From contig CAWAUM010000011.1 of NCBI GenBank assembly GCA_963785235.1, positions 128,001 to 192,000 of the forward strand: a stretch of 64,000 bases of DNA, given 5' to 3'. Below the pieces are notes generated by a model. That model was given only the letters and a program-made list of their open reading frames with translations, searched no databases and was not told where the DNA came from. Positions 1 to 8,909 of this stretch are shown here, piece after piece. Origin of the DNA: an uncultured delta proteobacterium (lineage in GTDB: Bacteria > Desulfobacterota > Desulfomonilia > UBA1062). Made by a program: the position numbers and the translations under genes. Every line of letters starts with the position of its first letter. Within the stretch, counting starts at the first letter, position 1.

Positions 1-121
1 TCCACCGGCCTGCGAACAGGAACAGGAACGAGGAGATAACCAGGGTGAAGCTCCATGCGCTCAGCAGGATGATCTGATTCAGCGTCTTGGTCTGGAGTCT
101 GTTTCTTCGTACCCTTTTCAT
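1..121 (-). CDS. AtpZ/AtpI-family (ATP synthase gene-1-like) membrane protein, runs off the window edge
   Basis: Not in the ORF track. ATG at 121 with GGAGG RBS; translates MKRVRRNRLQTKTLNQIILLSAWSFTLVISSFLFLFAGRW, resembling the first TM helix of ATPase_gene1 proteins. Confidence 0.6.
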   Translation of the reverse strand, partial: MKRVRRNRLQTKTLNQIILLSAWSFTLVISSFLFLFAGRW

Positions 122-153
122 GGCCTCCCCTCCTTTTTTTATTGATAATCTTC

Positions 154-429
154 TCAGCTGATCATGCCTTTAACTGCTTCAAGGACCGGAGCAGTGAACA
201 AGGCCACGAGCACGGCATACAGTGCGAAAGATCCGATTGCCTCACTGATATAAATCTTCTCATAGCGATACTTCAAAGAAATGATGGTGAGCCCGCCCAT
301 GATCAGACAACCAAGGTGGAAGTACGGTAAGCTGTTGCCGCCGGAAACTGCTGTTGCTGCAAAAGCAAACGTACCAGTGATCATTACCACGAACATTGCT
401 ACGATTATTGTCTGGATTGTCCTTTTCAT
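154..429 (-). CDS. Small membrane protein (91 aa), first gene of the putative atp-like operon
   Basis: ATG at 429 with GGAGG RBS; signal-peptide-like N-terminus plus two hydrophobic helices. Confidence 0.75.
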   Translation of the reverse strand: MKRTIQTIIVAMFVVMITGTFAFAATAVSGGNSLPYFHLGCLIMGGLTIISLKYRYEKIYISEAIGSFALYAVLVALFTAPVLEAVKGMIS

Positions 430-467
430 TGTCTGACCTCCACTTTGTTTTTTTATACTATTTATAA

Positions 468-484
468 GGCATACATTGTGCCAA
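468..484 (-). promoter_or_regulatory. sigma54 (-24/-12) promoter
   Basis: TTGGCACAATGTATGCC on the minus strand gives GG-N10-GC spacing, ~40 nt upstream of ATG 429. Confidence 0.7.
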
Positions 485-845
485 CTCTGTGGCATGTGAG
501 CATAATACCTTTCATCATATTGTTAATATTGATTATTAGATGAATTTCCATTCATCTGAGATCCGGTAGAAACATATAAAAACCATGATTCATTCGATGG
601 AATGTTCAAAGGGATTGAATGAAACGTGTGAAATGCAGGACAACAAGTTGAATAAGAGTCCCTCGAGGGTCGACATTGATTAAGACCGTAAAAATCCTCT
701 AAAACGAAAATATCGCAAATCTCACTTCAAGGTTAAAACCCTAGTCTCAAGCTTATAAAATAAATCAGTACGCCTAAAAAACAGTACACCATAAAACCAA
801 TACAGAAGCCAATCTACAACGATATTACCATATATTTTTTCATAT

Positions 846-876
846 AAAAAAAGGAGAGGGTCTGTAAACCCTCTCC
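846..876 (-). terminator. Rho-independent terminator of the tRNA operon
   Basis: GGAGAGGGT-ttacag-ACCCTCTCC followed by a T run on the minus strand. Confidence 0.85.
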
Positions 877-879
877 GTG

Positions 880-955
880 TGGTGGGCCATCCTGGGCTCG
901 AACCAGGGACCTACTGATTAAGAGTCAGTTGCTCTACCAGTTGAGCTAATGGCCC
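880..955 (-). tRNA. tRNA-Lys(CTT)
   Basis: Cloverleaf GGGCCATTAGCTCAACTGGTAGAGC...CTCTTAA...GGTTCGAGCCC...ACCA. Confidence 0.97.
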
Positions 956-966
956 ATATCTATCTT

Positions 967-1043
967 TGGTACGCCCGGGGCGACTCGAACGCCCGACCTG
1001 CGGATTCGAAGTCCGACGCTCTATCCAACTGAGCTACGGGCGC
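967..1043 (-). tRNA. tRNA-Arg(TCG)
   Basis: GCGCCCGTAGCTCAGTTGGATAGAGC...anticodon loop CTTCGAA...GTTCGAGTC...ACCA. Confidence 0.95.
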
Positions 1044-1055
1044 TCACCTTCAAAT

Positions 1056-1132
1056 TGGGGTGAGTGAAGGGGATCGAACCCTCGACCGCAGGAGCCACAA
1101 TCCTGTGCTCTACCATCTGAGCTACACTCACC
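1056..1132 (-). tRNA. tRNA-His(GTG)
   Basis: G-1 present, anticodon loop TTGTGGC, CCA encoded. Confidence 0.97.
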
Positions 1133-1140
1133 ATATGCTC

Positions 1141-1217
<77 letters not shown>

Positions 1218-1234
1218 CCACTTAGGCCCCGCTA

Positions 1235-1312
<78 letters not shown>

Positions 1313-1321
1313 TAGTGGAGC

Positions 1322-1351
1322 CTTATAGCAGAGGGTCTTAGGGCATGGCAA
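1322..1351 (-). promoter_or_regulatory. sigma70 promoter of the tRNA operon
   Basis: TTGCCA-N18-TATAAG with TGn extension, ~10 nt upstream of tRNA-Pro. Confidence 0.55.
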
Positions 1352-1509
1352 GCACTTTTTCCGCAGGGAAAATGCCAAGCAACTGATTAATTTAATTCAA
1401 TAAAAATAAAGCGTCTCAAAATCCAATGCATACCATTGCAGCGAGGTAAGTAGGAGAAAATCATGACAACAAGGAGGGTCTGGCGCCTCAGATACAAACC
1501 GGGTGATCT

Positions 1510-1956
1510 CTATGCCTGGTAATCGTCAAGCAAGGCCAGCACATGCTCTTCAACAGCCTCCATCTCGTGGGTCATCTCCTCAGAGACGCCTTCATGGTTA
1601 TATCCGCACAGGTGGCAGATCCCGTGGACCAGCAGTGCCCTGATGCGGTCCATTGTCTCTATACCTGCCTCGAGAGCTTCTTCAGCAGCCTTTTCCACTG
1701 AGATGACCACATCCCCCAGGTGGCTGCCTTGCAGGCCTTCACCTTCCTGCTGGGGAAAGGAGATGACGTTGGTGGGCTTGTCACGGTCAAGGTATTCCCG
1801 GTTCAAGGCCTGGATATCAGCGTTGTCGGTGAGCACCACGCACAGTTCCACGCCCTGCCTGCCGAGGATTTCAAGGATCCGGACCGCCAGCTCGCCCAGG
1901 AGGTCGACATCGACCTCAATGACCTTCTGTTCGTTGATGATATCGATGAGGTTCAT
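1510..1956 (-). CDS. ybeY: rRNA maturation RNase YbeY
   Basis: LNREYLDRDKPTNVISFP and HGICHLCGYNH motifs. Confidence 0.95.
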   Translation of the reverse strand: MNLIDIINEQKVIEVDVDLLGELAVRILEILGRQGVELCVVLTDNADIQALNREYLDRDKPTNVISFPQQEGEGLQGSHLGDVVISVEKAAEEALEAGIETMDRIRALLVHGICHLCGYNHEGVSEEMTHEMEAVEEHVLALLDDYQA

Positions 1957-2897
1957 CTGCCGCTCTTGTCATAGGCACGGATGATCTTGGCCACTATCTT
2001 GTGCCTGACCACGTCATCCTCTGAGAAATACACGAAACCGAGCTCGTCGATGTCCTTGAGGATCTGTGACGCCTCCACCAGGCCTGATATGGTGCCCTGG
2101 GGCAGGTCGATCTGGGTGACATCACCGGTTATGACGGCCTTGGAGTTGAACCCGAGCCTGGTGAGGAACATCTTCATCTGCTCGGAGGTGGTGTTCTGCG
2201 CCTCGTCCAGGATGATGAAGGCGTCGTTCAAGGTCCTGCCCCGCATGAATGCCAGCGGTGCTACCTCGATATGGTCCCTGGCTATGAGCCTCAGGACATG
2301 GTCACGCTCCAGCATATCGTACAGGGCGTCATACAGGGGCCTCAGGTAGGGGTTCACCTTCTCCTGCAGGTCGCCGGGCAGAAAGCCGAGCCGTTCCCCT
2401 GCCTCCACTGCAGGCCGGGTTAGCACGATGCGCTCCACCTTCTTCTTCAGCAGATAGTGCACCCCCATGGCAAGTGCCAGGTAGGTCTTGCCTGTCCCTG
2501 CAGGGCCGATGCCGAAGAGGATGTCTTTGAAGCGCATGGCATCGATGTAACGCTTCTGTTGCAGGCTCTTGGGGAAGATCACCTTTTTCGTGGAGGAAAT
2601 ATAGATGTTGTCCTTAAACACGTCCTCCAGGTCCACGTTGTGGTCCTTGGCGATCATCCGCACGGCGTACCAGACATCATCAGGATAGATGGGGAACCCG
2701 CCTTTTATGAGCTTGTAGAGGTCTTTGAGGGCGTGCTCTGCAAGCTCCACATCAAGGCTTTCGCCTGTAAGTTCGATGGTGTTGCCCTTGAGCGCACATT
2801 TGACCCCGACAGATTCTTCAAGGATCTTCAGGTGGGAACAATTGTCACCGGCAAGCTGCCGCAATATGTACGTGTCTGAGAAGTCGATTGTGGGCAT
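1953..2897 (-). CDS. phoH: PhoH-family ATPase
   Basis: GPAGTGKT, RPAVEAGERLGFLPGDL, MRGRTL, DEAQN; start placed at MPTIDF because the upstream extension is antisense to queD. Confidence 0.93.
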   Translation of the reverse strand: MPTIDFSDTYILRQLAGDNCSHLKILEESVGVKCALKGNTIELTGESLDVELAEHALKDLYKLIKGGFPIYPDDVWYAVRMIAKDHNVDLEDVFKDNIYISSTKKVIFPKSLQQKRYIDAMRFKDILFGIGPAGTGKTYLALAMGVHYLLKKKVERIVLTRPAVEAGERLGFLPGDLQEKVNPYLRPLYDALYDMLERDHVLRLIARDHIEVAPLAFMRGRTLNDAFIILDEAQNTTSEQMKMFLTRLGFNSKAVITGDVTQIDLPQGTISGLVEASQILKDIDELGFVYFSEDDVVRHKIVAKIIRAYDKSGR

Positions 2898-3014
2898 GGA
2901 TTTGTGTGTGGCCTCTTTTTTCCCTGAATGGTTTAAGGCATATACCAAATCCTGAGGTGTTACAAGTTCATTTCCTGTGTTGCAGATCCGCATGTGTTGT
3001 ACTATGTACTCACC

Positions 3015-3380
3015 ATGTTCACAGCAAAGGTCATGGAGGGTTTCAGCGCTGCGCACCGCCTCAGGGGCTACCAGGGTGACTGCGAGAGACTGCACGGCCA
3101 CAACTATCGCGTGGAGGTCGCTGTGGAATCGCCGCAGCTTGACTCCGCAGGCATTATCATGGACTTTCGCGATCTCAAGCAGATCCTCAAAAAGGTGCTC
3201 GCAGATCTCGACCACCAGTACCTCAACGATCTCGATCCCTTTACACAGATCAATCCTTCGGCCGAGAACATTGCAAAACACATTTATCACGCTGTCTCAG
3301 GGGCTATGAAGACGCCGGTATCACTCAAAGAAGTCACGGTCTGGGAGAACGATTCCTGCTGCGTGACCTATTCAGGGTAG
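3015..3380 (+). CDS. queD: 6-carboxytetrahydropterin synthase
   Basis: FSAAHRL...CERLHGHNY...LDHQYLND...NPSAENIA...VWE. Confidence 0.93.
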   Translation: MFTAKVMEGFSAAHRLRGYQGDCERLHGHNYRVEVAVESPQLDSAGIIMDFRDLKQILKKVLADLDHQYLNDLDPFTQINPSAENIAKHIYHAVSGAMKTPVSLKEVTVWENDSCCVTYSG

Positions 3381-3392
3381 GAAGGCCCGGCC

Positions 3393-4170
3393 ATGAAGGA
3401 CGTGCAGAAACAGAAGCCGGACAATCCCTTGTACATCGAGAAGGTGGGAGTCAAAGGGATCAGCTACCCCATCGTGGTATCCGACAAGAAGAAAGGCTCC
3501 CAGCACACGGTGGCCTCCATCAGTCTTTCCGTGGATCTGCCCCGGGAATTCAAGGGCACGCACATGAGCCGTTTCATCGAGGTGCTCAACGAGCATAAGG
3601 AAGAGATCCATATCAAGAACTTCGAGCATATCTTAAATGAGATCAAGCGTTCTCTGGAGGCCGAGAGCGCCCACATGGAGATCGAGTTTCCCTATTTCAT
3701 CGAGAAGGAGGCCCCGGTGACCGGGGCTGTAGGTCTCATGGAATACACGTGCTCGCTCATGGGCATGGTCGGCTGCAAAGCGGGAGTTCAAGGTGGGCGT
3801 GAAGGTCCCTATCCAGACGCTCTGCCCGTGCTCCAAGGAGATCAGTGATTTCGGTGCCCATAACCAGCGGGGCATCGTGACGGCAGTAGTGCGTTACGAG
3901 AAGTTCTTCTGGATGGAGGATCTCATCGGAATCATCGAGGGCTGCGGGTCAAGCCCGGTTTATCCCGTTCTCAAGAGGCCCGATGAGAAATTCGTCACGG
4001 AACATGCCTACCAGAATCCCAAGTTCGTGGAAGACGTTGTCCGGCAGGTGGCATCCATCCTGAGCGTCAGGGACGAGTTCTCCTGGTTTTCGGTGGAGGC
4101 GGAGAATTACGAGAGCATCCACAACCATAGCGCATACGCATATATCGAGAGCGAACAGACGCATGGCTGA
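3393..4170 (+). CDS. folE2: GTP cyclohydrolase I type B (frameshift near 3780, likely sequencing error)
   Basis: KGTHMSRF in ORF 3393; [27 protein letters not shown] and [10 protein letters not shown] in ORF 3793. Confidence 0.9.
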
Positions 4171-5159
4171 AGATGTTCTGCCCCTGGGCAAGCTCCCCGT
4201 CGAACTCCTCCGGCAATTCCTTCAAGGGCTCCCCGAAACTCACCCGGATGTGATCGTGGGGCCGGGCATAGGCATGGACGCTGCGGTTATCCGCTTCGGT
4301 CAGGAGCAGCTGGTCTTCAAGACCGACCCCATCACCTTTGCCGCGGATGACATCGCCTGGTACCTCGTCACCATCAATGCCAACGACATTGCCTGCATGG
4401 GCGGTATCCCGAAATACCTCCTTGCAACCTTCCTCCTGCCCCAGGGCGCAACGACGCCAGTAACGCGCTTCAGCCATTTTTTCACGGCTCAAAGAGGCAT
4501 GCGAAGCAGGCGGAATCACCCTTGTGGGCGGTCATACCGAGATCACCCATGGGATCGAGCGGCCTATTGCCGTCGGGTTCATGATAGGTACCATATCCAG
4601 GCACGGCATCATCCGTTCCTCCGGTGCAAAACCTGGTGACGCCATCCTCCTGAGCAAGGGCATACCCCTTGAGGCAACTGCGCTCCTGGCGCGTGAGTTC
4701 GCCCATAAGCTGGGCCTCGATGAAGATACCCTGAAACAGGCGCAGGACCTTATCTATACCCCGGGCATCAGCGTGGTGGCCGATGCCCGGATCGCGCTGG
4801 AGACAGGCGGTGTTACCGCCATGCATGACCCCACCGAGGGCGGCCTTGCCACCGGGCTCTCTGAGCTTGCAGGCGCCAGCGGGTGCGGCGTGGAGGTGCA
4901 CCTGGAGAACATCCCTGTTATCGATCTTGCAGATAGGATCCTGAGCGTCTTTTCTATTGACCCTCTGGGCGCCCTGGCATCAGGATCCTTAATCGTGTGC
5001 TGCAAACCCGAAAATGCCGGGGCCATCCTTTCGGCCTGGGAGGAGGCCGGGATCAAAGGCGCCCTCATCGGGCACCATGACTTCATCGCCTGGGCTCATC
5101 CTCTACCGGGATGGGAAAGCCGGGCCTCTGCCGGAGTTCAAGGCGGACGAGATTACTAA
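4163..5159 (+). CDS. AIR synthase/HypE/PurM-superfamily protein (frameshifted near 4470 and 5075)
   Basis: [44 protein letters not shown] motifs across two ORFs. Confidence 0.85.
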
Positions 5160-5272
5160 GGCTTTTAAACCCGGATGTTGCAGGTGAGTATACCCGGGAA
5201 TGTCCTAGGCGCAGCAGAATAGACTTAAGCATAAAAATTCCCAGTGACCAAAAAGAATTTTTTTAAAACAAG

Positions 5273-5357
5273 TCCGTTTAAATCCTTCATCTTGCAGCCT
5301 CCAGGACCGATAAAATTAACGTTCCACAAAGGCTGCAAGATGAAGGATTTAAACGGA
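5273..5357. repeat. Perfect 28-bp inverted repeat with 29-nt spacer
   Basis: TCCGTTTAAATCCTTCATCTTGCAGCCT (5273-5300) / AGGCTGCAAGATGAAGGATTTAAACGGA (5330-5357). Confidence 0.95.
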
Positions 5358-5469
5358 TCAAATTTTTTTCACCTCATACATGTAACATCGGTGCTTGAAA
5401 ACAAAATCCGGGTTAACACCCATGAAGAGCCAGCATGGGCATAAAATGGCTCTGTCTCCAACGCCTATC

Positions 5470-5498
5470 TTGACTTGTGAGTAGCGGCATCATACAAC
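5470..5498 (+). promoter_or_regulatory. sigma70 promoter, accC probably leaderless
   Basis: TTGACT-N17-TACAAC, ATG 7 nt downstream, no SD. Confidence 0.6.
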
Positions 5499-5505
5499 AT
5501 TTTCT

Positions 5506-6840
5506 ATGAAAAGGATCCTCATAGCCAACAGGGGCGAGGTGGTACTCCGGGTACTCAGGACAGCCCATGAGCTGGGCCTGGAAACCATCGTTGTCTACTC
5601 CGAGGCGGACAAGGACATGGAATACCTTAACTTCGCCGATGAGGCTGTGATGATAGGCCCCGAGCAGGCCTCCAAGAGTTACCTCAACATCGATGCCATC
5701 ATCTCTGCGGCCCTTGCCTGGAAGGCCAATGCCATCCATCCCGGCTACGGATTCCTTTCAGAGAATCCCCAATTCGCATTTGTCTGCGAGGAGAACGGCA
5801 TCGAATTCATCGGCCCCACGAGCACGACCTTAAGGACCATCGGAAACAAATCCCGGACAAAAGAGGTGGCCAAGTCACTGGGAATACCTACCATACCGGG
5901 CTCCTACGGGGTGGTTGCCGACATCAACCAGACAATCCTTCTGGCACAGGATCTCGGTTTCCCTGTGATCCTCAAGTCGCTGTATGGGGGAGGCGGAAGG
6001 GGAATGAAGGTCGCCTTCAGCGATGACCAGCTCAGGCAGCATTTCGCCAGCGTGAGCAGCGAGGCTAGCGCCGCATTCGGTCGCAGCGAGATCTACATTG
6101 AGCACTATATCACCGCTCCCCGTCATCTTGAGGTCCAGGTCCTTGCCGATGCATACGGAAACATAAGGATCTACTCGGACCGTGAGTGCTCCATCCAGAG
6201 GCGCCATCAGAAGATCATCGAGGAGGCACCGATTCCCTCTATCGATGCGGATCTCAGGCAGAGCCTGTGGGATTGGTCCAAGGGGATCATCCAGGCCATC
6301 GGATTCAAGGGCCTCGGCACGGTGGAATTTCTCATGGATCAGGAAGGGGGCATCTATTTCCTTGAGATAAACGGCAGGCTCCAGGTGGAGCATCCGGTCA
6401 CGGAGATGATTTCCGGGATTGACTTGGTACGTGAGCAGATCATGGTTGCAGCAGGCGCACGCATTGAACCTTTCCCGGTCATAACTACAGGGCATGCCAT
6501 CGAATGCCGGATCAACGCGGAAAATACATCCAAGAACTTCATGCCCACCACCGGGACCATCGCGAGGCTGCGGCTGCCGAGCGGACCGGGCACCAGGGTG
6601 GACACACACCTCTTCCCGGGCTGCATCGTTACCCCTTTTTACGATCCCCTGCTGGTAAAGCTCATTGCGCACCACACGACGAGGAACGGTGCGCTCCGCC
6701 GGATGGGCAGGATGCTTGACGAGACTGTCATCGACGGCCTCACCACGAACAAAGAACTGCTCTACAAGCTGCTCAACCATGACAGTTTCCTTGCCGGCAA
6801 CGGAGATACATCCCTGGTTACCCAACTCCTCAATAAATAG
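5506..6840 (+). CDS. accC: Biotin carboxylase
   Basis: ILIANRGE, HPGYGFLSEN, GGGGRGM, RECSIQRRHQK, RLQVEHPVTE. Confidence 0.93.
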   Translation: MKRILIANRGEVVLRVLRTAHELGLETIVVYSEADKDMEYLNFADEAVMIGPEQASKSYLNIDAIISAALAWKANAIHPGYGFLSENPQFAFVCEENGIEFIGPTSTTLRTIGNKSRTKEVAKSLGIPTIPGSYGVVADINQTILLAQDLGFPVILKSLYGGGGRGMKVAFSDDQLRQHFASVSSEASAAFGRSEIYIEHYITAPRHLEVQVLADAYGNIRIYSDRECSIQRRHQKIIEEAPIPSIDADLRQSLWDWSKGIIQAIGFKGLGTVEFLMDQEGGIYFLEINGRLQVEHPVTEMISGIDLVREQIMVAAGARIEPFPVITTGHAIECRINAENTSKNFMPTTGTIARLRLPSGPGTRVDTHLFPGCIVTPFYDPLLVKLIAHHTTRNGALRRMGRMLDETVIDGLTTNKELLYKLLNHDSFLAGNGDTSLVTQLLNK

Positions 6841-6980
6841 TCATGTAAACGAGGATTTATGCGTAAGGCTTTCCTGGAGCGCAGAGAATATTCATGGGTA
6901 CATTCAACTACAAAATCGGGTCAGAAAAAACAGCTCTATTTGCTTGTAAATCATGTTTTATGGATATAGCATCCGACTCC

Positions 6981-7947
6981 ATGAAGGTACATGGATTAAT
7001 AATCATAACGATCTTTATATTGGGATTTAGCCTGATGAACTCATGTGCGCACAAGGATGCCTCCAGGAGAAGCGGCCCTGACGCCCGAAGTCCAGTCTGC
7101 TGTGCAGCCCGTAATAATGACCACCTCAGGCCTGAATCTGATCAATGAAACCCAGGCAAAAAGGTATGTGGAAGATCTCATCGCAAGCAAAGGCCTTGAC
7201 AAGGTTCGTGCACATGACTTGATGAACGACCCCCGGGTGGTCTTTGATGAGAAATTTGTCCTGAAAAACCTCAATTTTGTCAGACCCCCGGCCTCTGCAA
7301 AAAGTCCTGGGCGTATGGAATTCGACAATAAGTATGTCATAAAGGGCAGGGCCTTCATCGAAGAAAACCAGAATCTCTTTGATGAAATCCTTCAGAAGTA
7401 CGAGATTTCCCCCGAGATCATCATGGCGATACTCATTATTGAAACAAGGATCGGGACCTACCCTATGAAGTACAGTGCATTTAATGTCTATGCGAACATT
7501 TCCCTCATATCCGACCCGGCCATCATGGAAAGGCTCAAAGACTTAACCGGTGTGGACAATATCCCCCTTCATGACGCCGAAGGTATGAAGAAGACCCTTG
7601 CAAGGGGAAGATGGGCTGCGGGCGAACTCTATAACCTGATCCTGATTGCCGATACCCTGGGGCTCGACCCACTGGAGATAAAGGGGTCCGTAGGAGGCGC
7701 CATGGGTCCGGCGCAATTCATCCCGACCACCTTCATGAAATGGGGTGCTGATGGCGACGATGACGGCGTGAGGAATCCCTTCAGCATGCCGGATGCCATT
7801 GCGAGTATTGCGAATCTCCTGAAAAAATCAGGCTGGAGGGAAAACGGTGATGAAAAAAAGAATCGCGGTGCCATATGGTTGTACAACCATAGCGACGTCT
7901 ATGTGAACACCATAATGAAGCTCTATGAGGACCTCTCAAATACATAG
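6981..7947 (+). CDS. Lytic murein transglycosylase (MltB/SLT_2-like) lipoprotein, frameshift near 7060
   Basis: Lipobox signal MKVHGLII...LMNSC in one frame; IETRIG, GSVGGAMGPAQFIPT, DGDDDG and YNHS in ORF 7045. Confidence 0.85.
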
Positions 7948-8028
7948 AGGGCAAATGCTTTTTCGTTCTCTTTTAACGCTGTTGAAGATTGTCTTTGGCC
8001 GTGGTATTGCCTGTAAAGGGGTATAATC

Positions 8029-8907
8029 GTGGATATTGGCGAATTGATCGCGACCAAGAAGGCGGTCTTTGATGAATACCTTAACGGCTACCTTCTTGAA
8101 CAAAAAAGCAGCTCCGGGGTTTTCGAGGCCTACTCCTACAGCCTCAAGGCAGGCGGAAAGAGGATCAGACCCATCCTTGCCATGCTCGCGTCCGAGGCTG
8201 CAGGAGGACCAGACAGGGCTGCTTTGCCTGTAGGGCTTGCCATTGAGATGATTCACACCTTCAGTCTCATCCATGATGACCTGCCGGCCCTTGACAATGA
8301 TGATCTGAGAAGGGGCATGCCCACGTGCCACAAGAAGTTCGGAGAGGCCACGGCCATCCTGGCTGGTGATGCCCTTATCTTCCAGGCCCTGTCGGTTATC
8401 TGCACAAGCACGTATCCGCCGCAGGTCAAGGTGGACCTGTGCACTGCTTTTGCCGATATCTGCGGCACATCTGGGCTTGTACAGGGAGAGTATGAGGATG
8501 TGATGGCCGAGGGCAAGGACTTGTTGCCCTCAAAGATTGAAGAGATCTATATCCAGAAGACATCGCGCCTTTTCGAACTGTGCATGTATGCAGGTGCCCG
8601 GATTGCCTGCGACGACGACATCCTGATCAGGGCCCTGGCCGGTTTCGGCACACATCTGGGGCTCGCATTCCAGGCCATTGATGACATCTTGGATATAACA
8701 TCCGACAGAGAAACACTGGGCAAGAGCGCAGGTAAAGACCTGGCCCAGAACAAGGCTACCGTGGTGAAGGCCCTTGGTATCGATGAAGCGCGCTTATGGG
8801 CACAAGCAGCCACCTTCAGGGCCATAGCGTCACTTGACGGTATACACCCGGAAAAGATGGAGAACCTGAGAAGGCTGGCCTTGTGGATGCTCAAGCGGGT
8901 AATGTGA
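8029..8907 (+). CDS. ispA: Polyprenyl (farnesyl/geranylgeranyl) diphosphate synthase
   Basis: GGKRIRP, SLIHDDLPALDNDDLRRG, FQAIDDILD. Confidence 0.92.
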   Translation: MDIGELIATKKAVFDEYLNGYLLEQKSSSGVFEAYSYSLKAGGKRIRPILAMLASEAAGGPDRAALPVGLAIEMIHTFSLIHDDLPALDNDDLRRGMPTCHKKFGEATAILAGDALIFQALSVICTSTYPPQVKVDLCTAFADICGTSGLVQGEYEDVMAEGKDLLPSKIEEIYIQKTSRLFELCMYAGARIACDDDILIRALAGFGTHLGLAFQAIDDILDITSDRETLGKSAGKDLAQNKATVVKALGIDEARLWAQAATFRAIASLDGIHPEKMENLRRLALWMLKRVM

Positions 8908-8909
8908 CC

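Noticed and set aside
2898-3290. N-terminal extension of the 445-aa PhoH ORF as a fused domain
   Set aside because: It is the antisense frame of queD and the divergent promoter region
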